NCBI GenBank assembly: GCA_951406725.2
Contig: OX597823.1
Span: forward strand, 29,264,001-29,328,000
Origin: Octopus vulgaris
Lineage: Eukaryota
Length of the DNA: 64,000 nucleotides
Direction of reading: 5' to 3'
Position numbers and translations under genes: made by a program. A model generated the notes under the pieces. That model saw only the letters and a program-made list of their open reading frames with translations. It searched no databases and was not told the origin of the DNA. This document shows positions 25,398 through 39,478 of this stretch, piece after piece (positions within the stretch are counted from its first letter, which is position 1; each line of letters opens with the position of its first letter).

Positions 25398-26494
25398 AGT
25401 TCGTAGCAGTTCGACCAAAATATTTCCCTGTGTTCTAAATCCGAAAGGGTTAAATTGGTTTAAGTATTCATTGTTTCGAGTTAAAAGAAGCCGTAAATCA
25501 GTAAGTACGCATCGTTAATTTTGATAATTAAGACAGACAGGAGGCCAGTTTTGGATCATCCGGTTTGGCAAGTGTTCAAAGTATATGTTTTGTTAAGACT
25601 TTGATAAAGTACAGAGACATATTTCGTGTAATCACCATTCAAGTCACAGACAACATCAAAACAAACACAAGCGGAAAAATAAATTAGCTATCTGTGACCA
25701 ATCAAACATTTTCATATTTATCTTAAACGGCTTCATTGGCTTCGAGCTACAGTTTGTTCATTTTAGCTTCTGACTTTCAACCATATTCATACCGGCAATT
25801 TTTTTTTTTTTTTTTTTTTTTTGAAGATAAAATTAAGTAGGATAGGATTAACTTCGAAATATTGCAAAAGAAAAATGAAAATAGGTAAATCTGTTTTTTT
25901 TTTTTGTTTTTTTTTTCTAAGCTTTGTGTAAGACGCTACAAAACATCTGAATAAGAAAAATGTCAGCTTATAAGATAACTTTCTAATACTGATATGGATT
26001 TTTATAGCTGCTTTAACAGATGCAGTTTCATAATGTGTTAACTGTCAGTGCGCAGTCAGCGGGGTTCCCACTTAAAATGTTAACATCATGAACAAAAGCT
26101 AACAAGGAAGTTTACGCAACAGAGCCATTAAATAAACTCCTCTTGGGGCCACATCTGTCGTTTTATTGCAAAACTAAACGCATTATAACAAATACGGATT
26201 TCTTTCGGCTCTGTACGATCTCTGCTCTCATACCATCGAAGTTAACTTTGTCTTTCATCCTTTAGAGGTCGATAAAATGAAGTACTAGTTATGTATTAGG
26301 GTCGAGGTAATCGATTTGCCCCTCTCCTCAAAACCTTTGGCCTTGTCCTAAAATTAGAAATACTCATCGTCAAAAACAATAATGAAGATAATGTTCTTCT
26401 TGCTGTTGATGTTGTATGATCCAGCAAACCTGAGTGCAAAGGTATTCTAGTATTTATAATCATTTCTTTCTTTCTAATCGAGTTTAGTGCATCT

Positions 26495-26877
26495 GGAAGC
26501 ACTCCGTCGGTTACGACGACGAGGGTTCCGGTTGATCCGATCAACGGAACAGCCTGCTCGTGAAATTAACGTGTAAGTGGCTGAGCACTCCACAGACACG
26601 TGTACACTTAACGTAGTTCTCGGGGATATTCAGCGTGACACAGAGAGTGACAAGGCCGGCCCTTTGAAATACAGGTACAACAGAAACAGGAAGTAAGAGT
26701 GAGAGAAAGTTGTGGTGAAAGAGTACAGCAGGGATCACCACCATCCCCTGCCGGAGCCTCGTGGAGGTTTTAGGTGTTTTCGCTCAATAAACACTCACAA
26801 CGCCCGGTCTGGGAATCGAAACCGCGATCCTACGACCGCGAGTCTGCTGCCCTAACCACTGGGCCATTGCGCCTCCA
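26495..26877 (-). mobile_element. tRNA(Arg-like)-derived SINE, full length, 12-bp TSD
   Basis: Head (reverse complement) GGAGGCGCAATGGCCCAGTGGTTAGGGCAGC..GGTTTCGATTCCC; TSD TTTAGTGCATCT at 26483-26494 and 26878-26889. Confidence 0.9.
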
Positions 26878-27249
26878 TTTAGTGCATCTAAGACTACATT
26901 AAATAATGTCTGATTCATTTTTTAATGACAGTAGGATGGGATTTGAGAAATAATTTGGTTGATATTTCTAGTAAATTGAGTAACTACGTCGAGGCTTCCA
27001 TGACGTCTTGGAACAAACCGATAATATTCAAATATGGCTTTCGAAATACGACTGTAGAAATCTCTAATCCAGTGCATATCAGGAGTAAGTGTTGATATTA
27101 CTAAGAACATAATAACGTTAATATATAACTGTAGCATTTCCTTTCAATTCGCATTGTCTTGACATACTGTCATGGGCACCCGAATGTTTTTCAGGCAATT
27201 CCGCAAGAGTTACTTGTTATGATCTTATGATTATCATACATAGAAACAA

Positions 27250-27683
27250 CAAAATCAAAAAATGAGCAACTATAAAGATCTTGAAATAGAAATTGGCAAA
27301 ATGTGGAACCGCAAGACTAACACAATACTTGTTGTCATAGGTGCGCTAGGAATGATAGCAAAAGGGGCTAATTGCTACGTACCTCAGATACCAGGAAATC
27401 CCAAATTGGCAGAAATTCAAAAGATAGTGCTGATGGGAACTGCCCATATCCTATGTAAAATACTGTCTATGTAATCTTAAATTTTAAAACAAACTCATAA
27501 TTTTATTGTTTTCTTAAACATTCTCTAGAACAATACAATGTGCAAAACCAAATATATGGCACCCTAGGCATAACACCAACATGAACTTCTAACTTGTTGT
27601 CTCTTGGGGTCTCTGGGTGAGACTTGGAGTCAACTTGTACAAATACAAAGCAAAAGTCAAACATAAAATAATGATGATAATAA
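27250..27683 (+). mobile_element. R4/Dong-clade LINE 3' end (restriction-like endonuclease C-terminus)
   Basis: YKDLEIEIGKMW..VVIGALG..IQKIVLMGTAHILCKILSM*, followed by a UTR and an (AAT)-type tail. Confidence 0.8.
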
Positions 27684-28800
27684 TTTCATTTATTTTCCAC
27701 CAGGGAGAAAGATGAGAACAATACAAAGTCAGATGCAAAGTGTGGGGTTTACATATAATGAAATGATAAGAAAGGTTTTTAATTAAGAAAAAAAATAGAG
27801 TAAGTGTACACGGTGTACAATGAAAAAGATGGGAAATATACATGGTATACAAAGATAAAAAGAGTGGGGAGAAGCAAGTGATGTAGTCATCCTGGTACAA
27901 GATGACCTCAAAGGATAATAGTGAAACCCCACCGTCCAAGATTTCCCTGAACAACAAGGGTAAGTGCCCTCTCCAATTCCCTTTCTCCGACTCACAGGCC
28001 CACACTTAAGGAGGTACCATCCTCTCTTGCCATTTTCGCAACTCCCACTTACCTTTCAATAAACTCATTCGAGAACACCACTTCCCTTTCCACCCTCAAT
28101 TTTCTGTACCAGTGAAACTTTAAAAAGTCGTTGAGGCCGCCACCGAGGAGAAATGTATTTGTCCTCATGCCTTACAACCTCCTCCATCATACATTCTCTT
28201 TCGCCACAGCCACCAGACAAAGGAAAACCGCCTTGCCTGCCCGATTAAAGGAAGGTAGTGAGGCAATCATCGCTATGGACTAGGCCGTTAGACAGATCCG
28301 TCACGCACGTGATACTAGCTGTTTGACATAACCCCACAGGTCAGAAATGCCAGCACACTGAACGAGAGCGTGCAGAGCAGTTTTGTCACTCTGTGCAGAC
28401 CTCGGTCAAGCCCGTCTGGTTTCACATCCCTGCCTGTAGAGTTTATCTCGAACCGATAGCGCCCCCGATAATACTGCCAAGCCAAGGGCATCCGGAAATT
28501 ATCCATGACAGTTCCCGACCGGAAAATCCTCCGGAACAGACTAGCAAGTTCGTTTTCGTCGACGCCCAGTGTCTCCCCGAGAACGTCATCGCACTTCCCT
28601 GCCAATAACCCTCTATAAATTGCTAGAGCGGAGCATCCACCGCTCTCATTGCCCGACTAGTAGAGGGCCGTGAGCGTCTGACTACATTCTAGGTGCCAGG
28701 CACCCAGTCTCGATTTTTTTCTTCACCCAGGACTGCAGCTCCGTCAAGGAGACGAGCTGCGGAAAGACGCTTACCATCCAGAAATCGTTGCAGTGAGCAA
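27684..28800 (-). mobile_element. Tx1-clade LINE 3' end (C-terminal ORF2 plus 3' UTR)
   Basis: Homologous to 51960-52400 (ORF 28315-28605 LAWQYYRG vs LAWQCHRE); ends in an AATAAA-containing terminus. Confidence 0.75.
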
Positions 28801-28801
28801 T

Positions 28802-28971
28802 TGGTACTTATTTTATCGACGCCAGTGCGTAACTTGTACTTATTTTATCGACCCTGAAAGGTTGAAAAGCAAAGTCGACCTCGGTGGAATTTGAATTCAG
28901 AACGAAAGAAACGGACGAAAATTTGCTAAGCAGTTTTCCCGATGTGCTAAAGATCCTGCCAGCTCGTTGCC
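28802..28971 (-). mobile_element. Meta-type SINE (diverged)
   Basis: Family similarity. Confidence 0.75.
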
Positions 28972-29310
28972 TTCGTAACACATATGATAACTTACTAACT
29001 GAGGGGTCAGCAGAATTATAATTTGAGGGACGAAAATGATTCCATTTCAAATGATCACCAATATTAAAACATCCCTTTCTCCTCGACGATAAGGGGAGAC
29101 AACACAGAAGATGTCAACATTTTTCTAAGATGCAATCTAAATATTTATAACCTGTTTATTACGGTGGTAGGGAGACACATTAATACATACAAAATAAAAC
29201 TAGTAAAATATTAACAAATCTGAAGAAAACAGATCGAAATATCCATTTAAGAATGGTGTGGCGGGTACATATGTACTTCAGCATTACATTCAGAGCAATA
29301 TTGTTAGTTT

Positions 29311-29935
<625 letters not shown>

Positions 29936-30166
29936 GTTCCTTTACTCTCTTAGCTTTGGCATCATTTCAGAAGATGAGAAGTGAAGAAATACAACCTCTC
30001 AACACAATATTTATTGGCATCCATCTTGTTTTCTTCACTGTTTGAGGTGTTTAATGAAACTTCAATAGGCTCTATATGAACACAATTTTTTGTTATTTGT
30101 GGAACACTTGTTTAGGAAGAAACAAGCTCTGATATTCAGAGAAACTCTCAATGAAAACTCGGGTGA

Positions 30167-30539
<373 letters not shown>

Positions 30540-30703
30540 TAATATGTTTGTCTTGATATAAGGTCACTATGTCGCGCACATGTGGTTGTTATGCATGTGC
30601 CTGATGTACCCTTATCAGGCGCATAGTCATGATGGGGATATTGGCTTCGTATATTTGTACCTCATTGTGGCTTTCGTGGCATGCACTGCTCTCTCACTCA
30701 ATG

Positions 30704-30845
<142 letters not shown>

Positions 30846-30859
30846 TGTTGATGATTTCA

Positions 30860-31063
30860 ATTTTTAAGACAAGGTCAATACTTTAGGGGAAGGGGTAAGA
30901 TTATTTCATAGATCCCAATGTTTAACTGATACTTAGTTTATCGACCCCAAAAGGACGAAAGGAAATGTCGACCTCTGCGGAATTTGAACTCAGAACGTAA
31001 AGGCAGACGAAATGTTGCTAGGCATTTCGCCCGGCATGCAAACGATTCTGCCAGCTTGCCGCC
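30860..31063 (-). mobile_element. Meta-type SINE
   Basis: Family similarity. Confidence 0.75.
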
Positions 31064-31067
31064 TTAA

Positions 31068-31127
<60 letters not shown>

Positions 31128-31985
31128 AAGAAGAAGAAGAAGAAGAAGAAGAAGAAGAAGAAGAAGAAGAAGAAGAAGAAGAAGAAGAAGAAGAAGAATT
31201 GCTTTTAAAACGTACTTGCTTCGATTTCCTTTACATTACGTAAATTATTTATATCAATGGTGTTAGTAATAATCAAATATGTTTAAAATCTTAAATCAAG
31301 ATTTTATAAAGTATCGTGTTATGTGGGCAATTTGCATAAAGCTGAGTATCTGATTTAACAAGTTACAGTGTCAGTTCTAGAAGGCAAACAACCACTTATA
31401 TCAAAGAACAGAATGTGCCAGCGCATATTCAAGAACCTATTGTTAATCCATGATATTATCTGTAGATAGAGATGAATCAATTAGCACAGCATTGTCAAAC
31501 TACATACGGTACTTGAAAGATCCCAACTTTGATATAACTCAGTATGCAATAGACTTCAGTAATAAGTACACTTATTCCCCTGTAGTCCCCTATAATGAGA
31601 CTAAATGTAAAATACTGCATCCGCACCAAATCAACAACCACCTTAAGTACAAAGATCAGAATGGAATTTACAAGTGCCATCAAGTAAAGTTTCATTCTTT
31701 CCATTGTGAAGGGCATTATCGATCCAGACCAAAAGTAGATATATCATACATACATGCACACACATGCATACATATATGAATGCATACATAAATACACACA
31801 CACACACAAACAGATTTATATATATGTATGCTTAGATATTAGATATATATATATATGTATGTATATATATATATATATATATATGCATACTTGTGTATGT
31901 ATATACATATATATTTATATACCTATATGTATATCTGCATATACGTGTGTGTATATATATATATGCGTGTGTGTATGTATGTATG

Positions 31986-32016
<31 letters not shown>

Positions 32017-32059
32017 GTATGTATGTATGTATACAGGGTGGCCCAAAATAGATTTATCC

Positions 32060-33638
32060 CTTTCGCATTCATATTCAGAACTTATTGCATGCCTAGAGAA
32101 GCAGATGGACATGTCTGGAGACTAGCCAGAAACTGATGCCATATCCATTGACGGAGTACACCTAGCACATGCTATTCGACCCAAGAATCTGACCGTCAAG
32201 GACTATGCTGAACACGACTTTGTTGGAAAGAAAAACAAATATGCTGAAAGGAGCAAACGCACTGATGTAGTATTCGATACTTACAATTTACAGTCACTGA
32301 AATCATTCACGAGATTACAAAAAGCTAGGGGATCCTGAGCCGAGTAATAGAAAATGGAAAGGTTTTCCAGAACTAGCCCAGTTTTCTTCAAAATGAGCAG
32401 AACAAAAAAGAACTGTATACTTTCCTAGCCCATAAGCTGAAACAAGCTACTGGTGGCCTAGAGTTTGCTACAGCCATGGCATCATGTGCTAGCAATAAAG
32501 AGGCTGAGGTACAGCACATGATAAAAGATATGACCGACAGTTCCCATGTAGAATCTGACACTAGAACCTTTTTCCGTGTCATGAATGCTGTGAAGCACAG
32601 CTACATCACGAGAGCAACCGTTCTTGCAAATGACATTGATATAATCGTCATAGCAGTGGCAGCATTCCCTGTTTTGAAGAGAAGTTGTCTAGATCACTTG
32701 TGGGTTGTGTACGGAGTGGGTAAAAGCAGGAGACGGTTACCAGTCCACAGCATAATCGCTAAACTTGGGAAGAAGGCCAGGGGATTATTATTTTTCCATG
32801 CAGTGACTTGTTATGACAGTCAGTGCATTTAAAGGAAGAGGCAAAAAATCTTGCTTTCAAACCTGGGACATTTTTCCTCAAGCCAATAACACATTTTGCT
32901 AGCTGTGTGCACCTTGTATGGACATCACAGAAGATCTGATGCAAGTAATAGAACGATTCGCCGTCCTGTTGTATAATGGATCCAGTTCAAAGTTGTCTGT
33001 AAATAAAACCCGGGAAATCGTGTCTGCAGAAAAGTGCAGACTCTATGATGCAATTCCAGCCACGCAAGGAGCTCTTATCCAGCACGTCCGACGAGCTACA
33101 TATCAGGCAGGGCACATATAGGGCCATGTTCCCCAGACAAAGCCAGCACTGCCGTCACCTATCACCTGGGGGTAGAAAAATAATGATGGTGGCACATTCA
33201 CTAATCACTGGACTGAACTAAGAGTCATAGCAAAACAATGCCAATCACTTATAAAGTACCAATACAACACTGAGTGTGCAGGACGTTGCACATGCAAAAA
33301 AAAACGCCCTTCTTTCTACGCCCCTTTGGGCGTCTCCATGCATTTGATTGATGATTAAACCTGTATAACCTGAATTAGTGAAGAAGATAACAGAAAAATC
33401 CTTCAAAAGTTAAATATAAGGCTATTTGTGTAAAATATTGGATAATAACGTTTATTATAATAAAACTTATTTCCTATTCATCGCAATTTTTAGTTTTGAA
33501 TGTTTGACGCCATCTTGGATTTTGGCCACCATTTTCGATTTTCACGTTGGTAATCATGCCTATCTTAAAGAGCATGTTTTAAACTATAGGTGTGTCAGTC
33601 TCCATATTTGTATCACCTTTTGAAGGGTGTTTCTACTA
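32060..33638 (+). mobile_element. AcademX DNA transposon 3' part (XPG/PIN-like nuclease plus Cys-rich end), decayed
   Basis: IDG, RTDVVFDTY..SLK, SHVESDTR (HEEADTR-type), DIDI, FHAVTCYD..FKGRGKK, IPAT..ALIQHVRRATYQA; subterminal CGCCATCTTGGATTT; ends in CTA. Confidence 0.75.
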
Positions 33639-33677
33639 TCTTCTATCTTCTTCACTAACATACATATCTATATGTAT

Positions 33678-33715
<38 letters not shown>

Positions 33716-33940
33716 ATATATGCATACGTATATATATATATATATGTGTATGGGTAAATATATATATATTTGTATATATGTGCATGTGTGTCTATATGTA
33801 TGTATGCATTTATATACATATACATTTGTACATTTGTATATATATATATATATATATATATGCATGAAGAAATGTATTGTGTATATATATATATGTGTGT
33901 GTTTGTGTGTATATATACATATGTGCGCGAGTGTATGTGC

Positions 33941-33996
<56 letters not shown>

Positions 33997-34341
33997 CTAT
34001 GTATGTATCTATGTATGTATGTATGTATGTATGTATGCATGTATGTATAACTAGTGTACTGTCCCGTGATGGTAAGACCAACAAAAAGTGCTCCATCTGG
34101 TGAGAGAGATAAATATTATCTTATAAACATGATATATTTCTTGATGTGCTTCTATGAGTTTCATGCGATGAAAACATGCCAAACAGTATTTTTTAACACA
34201 TCTGTTGTCTCAACGTAATCTTCATTACCTGAAGATTGCCTGCCTGCGTTTATGTCGGTGTGTCCATAATTATAAATCCTAACTTTAAAGGTTGAATTAG
34301 AACAATCAGCATACTAATAATAGTAAAAGCTTAAGTAAAAA

Positions 34342-34766
34342 AAGCATTATCAACGCCATATCAAAAAATGAAACTCATTTGGACCACGGGCTATACGTCC
34401 CCTGCCAAATTCAAGATCACAACATACATGTACACTGCAACATAATTTCTTTTCCTCAACAGGCCCTGCCCTATTTAACATTGTCCCGAGGGAGATCAAA
34501 GAGGAAAAGGATCCCATCAACTTCAAACAGTCTGGATAGATTCCTTCAAAGAATACCAGATAAGCCACCCATAATTGGATACAACTCACCCAACAAGAAC
34601 TCACTACTTGAACAAAACTGGATACAACTCACCCAACAAGAACTCACTACTTGAACAAAACTTGACTTAAACAGGATTCGAATAATCCTATCAGGTGGTG
34701 CTATTAAGTTAGACATGGCCTGGACCAATCTCTGGTCGAAACATATCTAAGTTTATCTAAGTTTAT
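34342..34766 (+). mobile_element. CR1-like LINE 3' fragment
   Basis: SLDRFLQRIPDKP peptide; tail (TATCTAAGTT)x2; 42-bp internal tandem duplication at ~34578-34662. Confidence 0.75.
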
Positions 34767-35067
34767 AACTTCCAATGTTATTATTTTAATTGAACTATCT
34801 TTTGTAATCTATAAACAAAATGTTATTTATGTTGGTTTGTTCAGCTGCATGCCGTTGAGTATATCGTATGATATTTACTGCTGTAATATGAAAGATATCT
34901 CCTTAATCACATCTAACACATGAAACTAGATATTTGATATCTAAGATATAGCAACATGTGCAAAAGATTAGATACTCAAGGATTCAAATATTTTATAAGA
35001 GGCGTGTGGAAACCACCAAAAACCATTCAGTAGCCGCATTCATTGGCCGCAGACAAATTATCGAAAC

Positions 35068-35074
35068 TATAAAT
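35068..35074 (+). promoter_or_regulatory. TATA box of U6 (Pol III type-3 promoter)
   Basis: TATAAAT at -31..-25 relative to G35099, the canonical U6 spacing. Confidence 0.55.
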
Positions 35075-35098
35075 GAATGAGAAGCCTTGTGTGTGTGT

Positions 35099-35198
35099 GT
35101 ATCGGCAGTACATATACTAAAATTGGATCGATACAGAGAAGATTAGCATGGCCCCTACGCAAGGATGACACGCAAATTCGTGAAGCGTTCCATATTTT
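35099..35198 (+). ncRNA. U6: U6 snRNA gene or decayed gene copy with shortened 5' stem-loop
   Basis: TCGGCAGTACATATACTAAAATTGGATCGATACAGAGAAGATTAGCATGGCCCCTACGCAAGGATGACACGCAAATTCGTGAAGCGTTCCATATTTT; ACAGAGA box and AGC triad intact; T4 terminator. Confidence 0.93.
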
Positions 35199-35240
35199 AC
35201 TTGGTAAAGAAATAGTATGTATGCATATATATGTAATGTA

Positions 35241-35537
35241 TTTATTGAGCGAAAACACCTAAAGCTCCACGAGGCTCCGGCAGGGGGTGGTGGTGATCCC
35301 TGCTGTACTCTTTCGCCACAACTTTCTCTCACTCTTTCTTCCTGTTTCTGTTGTACCTGTATTTCAAAGGGCCGGCCTTGTCACTCTCTGTGTCACGCTG
35401 AATATCCTCGAGAACTACGTTAAGGGTACACATGTCTGTGGAGTGCTCAGCCACTTGCACGTTAATTTCACGAGCAGGCTGTTCCGTTGATTCGGATCAA
35501 CCGGAAACCCCATCGTCGTAACCGACGGAGTGCTTCC
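35241..35537 (+). mobile_element. Same tRNA-SINE family, 5'-truncated, with its own TSD
   Basis: Lacks the tRNA head; ATGTAATGTATT at 35231-35242 and 35538-35549. Confidence 0.88.
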
Positions 35538-35848
35538 ATGTAATGTATTATCAGGGCCTTCAGAGCACCTGATGAAGTGACCTGAGGTATTCATTTCAGC
35601 TTGTTTCTTTATGTTATGATGCCAAATCACGCTATGGTTAATTTTACTTGTATGGCTTTCTAGACTAGAGTCGGTGAACAAAGTGTCGGTTTAGTCCAAA
35701 GCTTTGGTGGAAACCTTACATGTTACAGCATCGGGTTTGCCACTTTGCCATATTTTCTACGCTTGAAATTCTGAGATCAAATAGCGCCCTGGCCTGCCTA
35801 GATGTAACCGGCTGGTTGGATGAATTAAGCATAGATAGAAGACAGACT

Positions 35849-35932
<84 letters not shown>

Positions 35933-35970
35933 TAGATAGGTAGATAGATATAGATAGATAGATAGCTAAC

Positions 35971-36043
<73 letters not shown>

Positions 36044-37361
36044 GGCCAGACAGACAACCAGACAGGCAGGAAGGCAGGCAAGCATGTGGGTGTGTGTGTG
36101 TTTGTGGGTGTTTGTCGGTGTTTGTATGTATGTGTGGGTTTGTGTGTGTATGTGTGTGGTTGTGTTTGTATGTATGTATGTATATGTGTGTATGTGTGTG
36201 GTTGTGTTGGTGTGTATGTGTGAGGTTATATTTACATATATGTGTGTATGTGTGTGGTTGTGTTAGGGTGCATGTGTGTGTGTATGTGTGTGTGTATTTG
36301 TGTTAGTATGTGTGTGGTTGTGTTAGTGTGTATGTGTGTATATGCGTGTATGTGTGTGTTTGCGTTTGTGCGTGTTTGAGTGTGTATGTGTTGAGGCTGA
36401 CGGTTCAAGTGTTTGATCAGCTGCATTATCTTCTTTTGAATTTATGTGTAAGTCGTTGAGCTTGTCACGAATCCCTGGCCCCTTACCATAATTTTCGCAC
36501 AGAAATAAAATGATACATACGTGAAAACGCTGTCCCATTCGAATTACAGATACGATCAGCGCCCGAAAATGAAGTAATCCTCTACGTAAAACTCTGAGAA
36601 ATAATTTATGGAGTGTTTCAACGTCAATGGAAAACGGACATTAAATGATGACGATAATGATTATGATGATGATGGCGACGATGACGTCGTGTGTGCGCGC
36701 GTGCGACTGCGTACGTGTATGCACGCGAGTGTGTAAGATTATTGTTATGTTGCACGTTCGGATGCCTTCTACTCAACTCCTACTCTACTCTGCTAGTCTG
36801 AACTGCTAGACTTCTCTCTCTATATCTACGTATTGGGCTAGTCCACTTCATCGTCTGGGGGCGTCTACACTACAATTATATATTCATGCATGCGTGCAGG
36901 TGTGTATTAATAGAAATAAGATATGATACACCACCGGTTCCCACTCTTTACGTTTTGAATTACTCTGCGTCCACACTGGTCCCGAGCTGTATTGGCCCAG
37001 TCTTTCCAATTGAAAGCATCGGTTACATAGACAGGGGAGACTTTCTACATGATTTTGGAAGATCCTTCCCTTGACGTGTAACTTTACATTTTTCGGTATA
37101 CCACCAACCCTGATCACTTTCATTTATGTAAAATGTACCTTCAAAAAGGAAGAGTGCAGCAGATCATGTAGTCCTTCCCATATAAAAATTGGAAGAGACA
37201 TATAGTAAAAGTTTATTCTGTGGGTCTGGGGAAATGCACTTTTGCTATACTAAATAATTTCTATATAAAAAGACATTTGTACGATTTCTTTAAGTTAGCG
37301 TGTTAGTAGTGGTACATGATATAAATACGTTTATGTGTGTGTATCGGTGATTATATGACTA

Positions 37362-37426
<65 letters not shown>

Positions 37427-38202
37427 TTCGTCATCAGTAAATGTTAAACAGGGTTACGAATGGAAATAAAGATTGAACAGTGTAATATATAACACTTCAA
37501 AAAATATATATTATTTCTAGATTTTAAATCAATATATTTTTTCCTTTGCAGAAATATATATGTAATACGTCTTATGTATGATATATCTTTTATACGCCTT
37601 AATATGATGTTTAAAAGATAAAAATCTATTTGCAGGAATAAAAGAAAAAAATATGTATAGGATTGTATTTGCATAGTCTGTGTTTGTATGGAATTGCCAA
37701 TGAGATAAAAAAAAATCTATGGAATTTTTTTCATCAAAGAGACACGTTTATTTCCTGACAAAAAACTTGTAAAGTCCTAATTGAAGAAATTTCAAACTCC
37801 TACAAAGAGGTTGATATGATATTGCTTATTGAGTCTTCAAAGAGAGCCACGAAAGCAATGTTATTGTATAATATTTAACTGTCTGTATGTCCTCTATCTA
37901 CAGGCTATTCTGTGCTGATGTCTAAAACACGTGAATGTATAGAACGTTTGTTGAAACTGGAAATTATCATGAACACAATTGGTTGGTCCGTGCTAGTTTA
38001 ATAGTCATGGTGTTCATATCTGGACTTCAAAGTATTTAACACACAATGCCTTTTATATCAGTTCAGCTGATATATCTACCGTCTTATACAGAATTAAACT
38101 GCCTAGCGGGAAAATATAAGTGTGCTAGAATCTAACAATGTTATTCTATTCTTCTTGTAAATCCACGGAAACCTCTTCTAATATAAAGATCTTTTACAGA
38201 TA

Positions 38203-39478
38203 CGAGAGGAGTTCATTAAAGCTTTCCCCTGACCCACTTCCCTAGGACTGGGATAAACGAAACTTGGCATGGCATAATTATTAGTCTTTCTCTACATAGC
38301 CACTACCAATGGTGGCATCTCCCATCGCTTTATGCAGCTGTGAAGACCTCGTCTGTAGAAGTCAGTAGGATCCAAGAATTTGCCTCAGAAATAAGTTCAT
38401 CATCATCCGAAAAGTGCTTCCCCTTCTAAAAAGACTTCGTGTTTGGTGAGAGGTGGAAGTCAGATGGTGCGAGGTCGGAAGAGTGAGGAGGATGAATAAG
38501 GATTTCATAGCTGCAGGTGTGTGCTTTCATCTGAGCAGCATGCGCATTATGAACTTGGTGTCGTCTTGGAGGAGGCGGACTCATTTAGTCAGCATGTCAC
38601 ACCTCTCTGCTTTGATGGCGTCCCGCAATTTCTACAGCAGAGAAGCATAATATGCCCTGTTAACTGTGGTAGTCTTTGCCAAAATATTCATGATCACTAC
38701 TCTGCACAGGTCCCAAAAGACTGTGAGCATCATCTTGCCTGCTGAGTGTTGGACACGAGCCTTCTTTGGAGGTGGTGAGTTATCATGCTTCCATTGTTTT
38801 GACTGGACTTTAGTCTCAGGATCATAATGATGGAGCTATGTTTCATCATGTGTGATAAGCCTGCCGAAAAAGGCCTTATTTTCTTGGCACCTTGCCAAAA
38901 GATCCTGGGAGCAATTGATTCGTTCCTGCTTCTGAAAAGATGTGAGCATCCGGGGAATCCATCGTGCAGACAACTTCGGCATGTGCAAATAGTCGTGAAT
39001 GACTTTTTTCTACTGACCCTACACTTATCGTTACTTCTTGGGCTAGTTGGCGAATATTTATGCGGTGATCCCCCAAAACGGCGGCTTCCACTTAATGGAT
39101 AGTGCTGTCATCAATTGCGGAGTGTGGTCGTCTAGGAATAGGAGCAGTTTCCATCGATGTCCGACCACATTTTAACTGATGATTCCAGCACTTGGCTACG
39201 TCGTATGATGGTGCATTGACATTATAAACTTCTTTCATCTGATCGATAATCTCTTTTGGTGTACGACCTATCGAGTATAAGAACCTGATCACTGATCTGC
39301 ATTCAACTGCCTCCATTATAACACCTTAGTCCACTTCAGCAGCTGTAAAAGACAAACGAATACTAGTAGAAAGCTGCGATTCACAATGTGACGTGTAGAG
39401 CCATGTATAATTATACCTGTGCAAGTTCCTGCAATAACCGGAAGTGGGTCAGGGAAAATTTTTAATAAACACCTCTTG
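38203..39478 (-). mobile_element. mariner (irritans/Himar1-like) transposon, full length but decayed
   Basis: RSVIRFL..HTH, WIP, SAGKMMLTVFWD, HPPHSSDLAPSDFHL; ~38-bp TIRs (..CCCTGACCCACTTCC / GGAAGTGGGTCAGGG..); TA TSD. Confidence 0.92.

Noticed and set aside
26790-26877. tRNA genes (also at 19380-19449 and 60156-60230)
   Set aside because: tRNA-derived SINE heads continuous with SINE bodies and flanked by TSDs.
35099-35537. U6-headed SINE / U6-SINE chimera
   Set aside because: The headless SINE has its own TSD (ATGTAATGTATT at 35231 and 35538) that excludes U6, so it is an independent 5'-truncated insertion.
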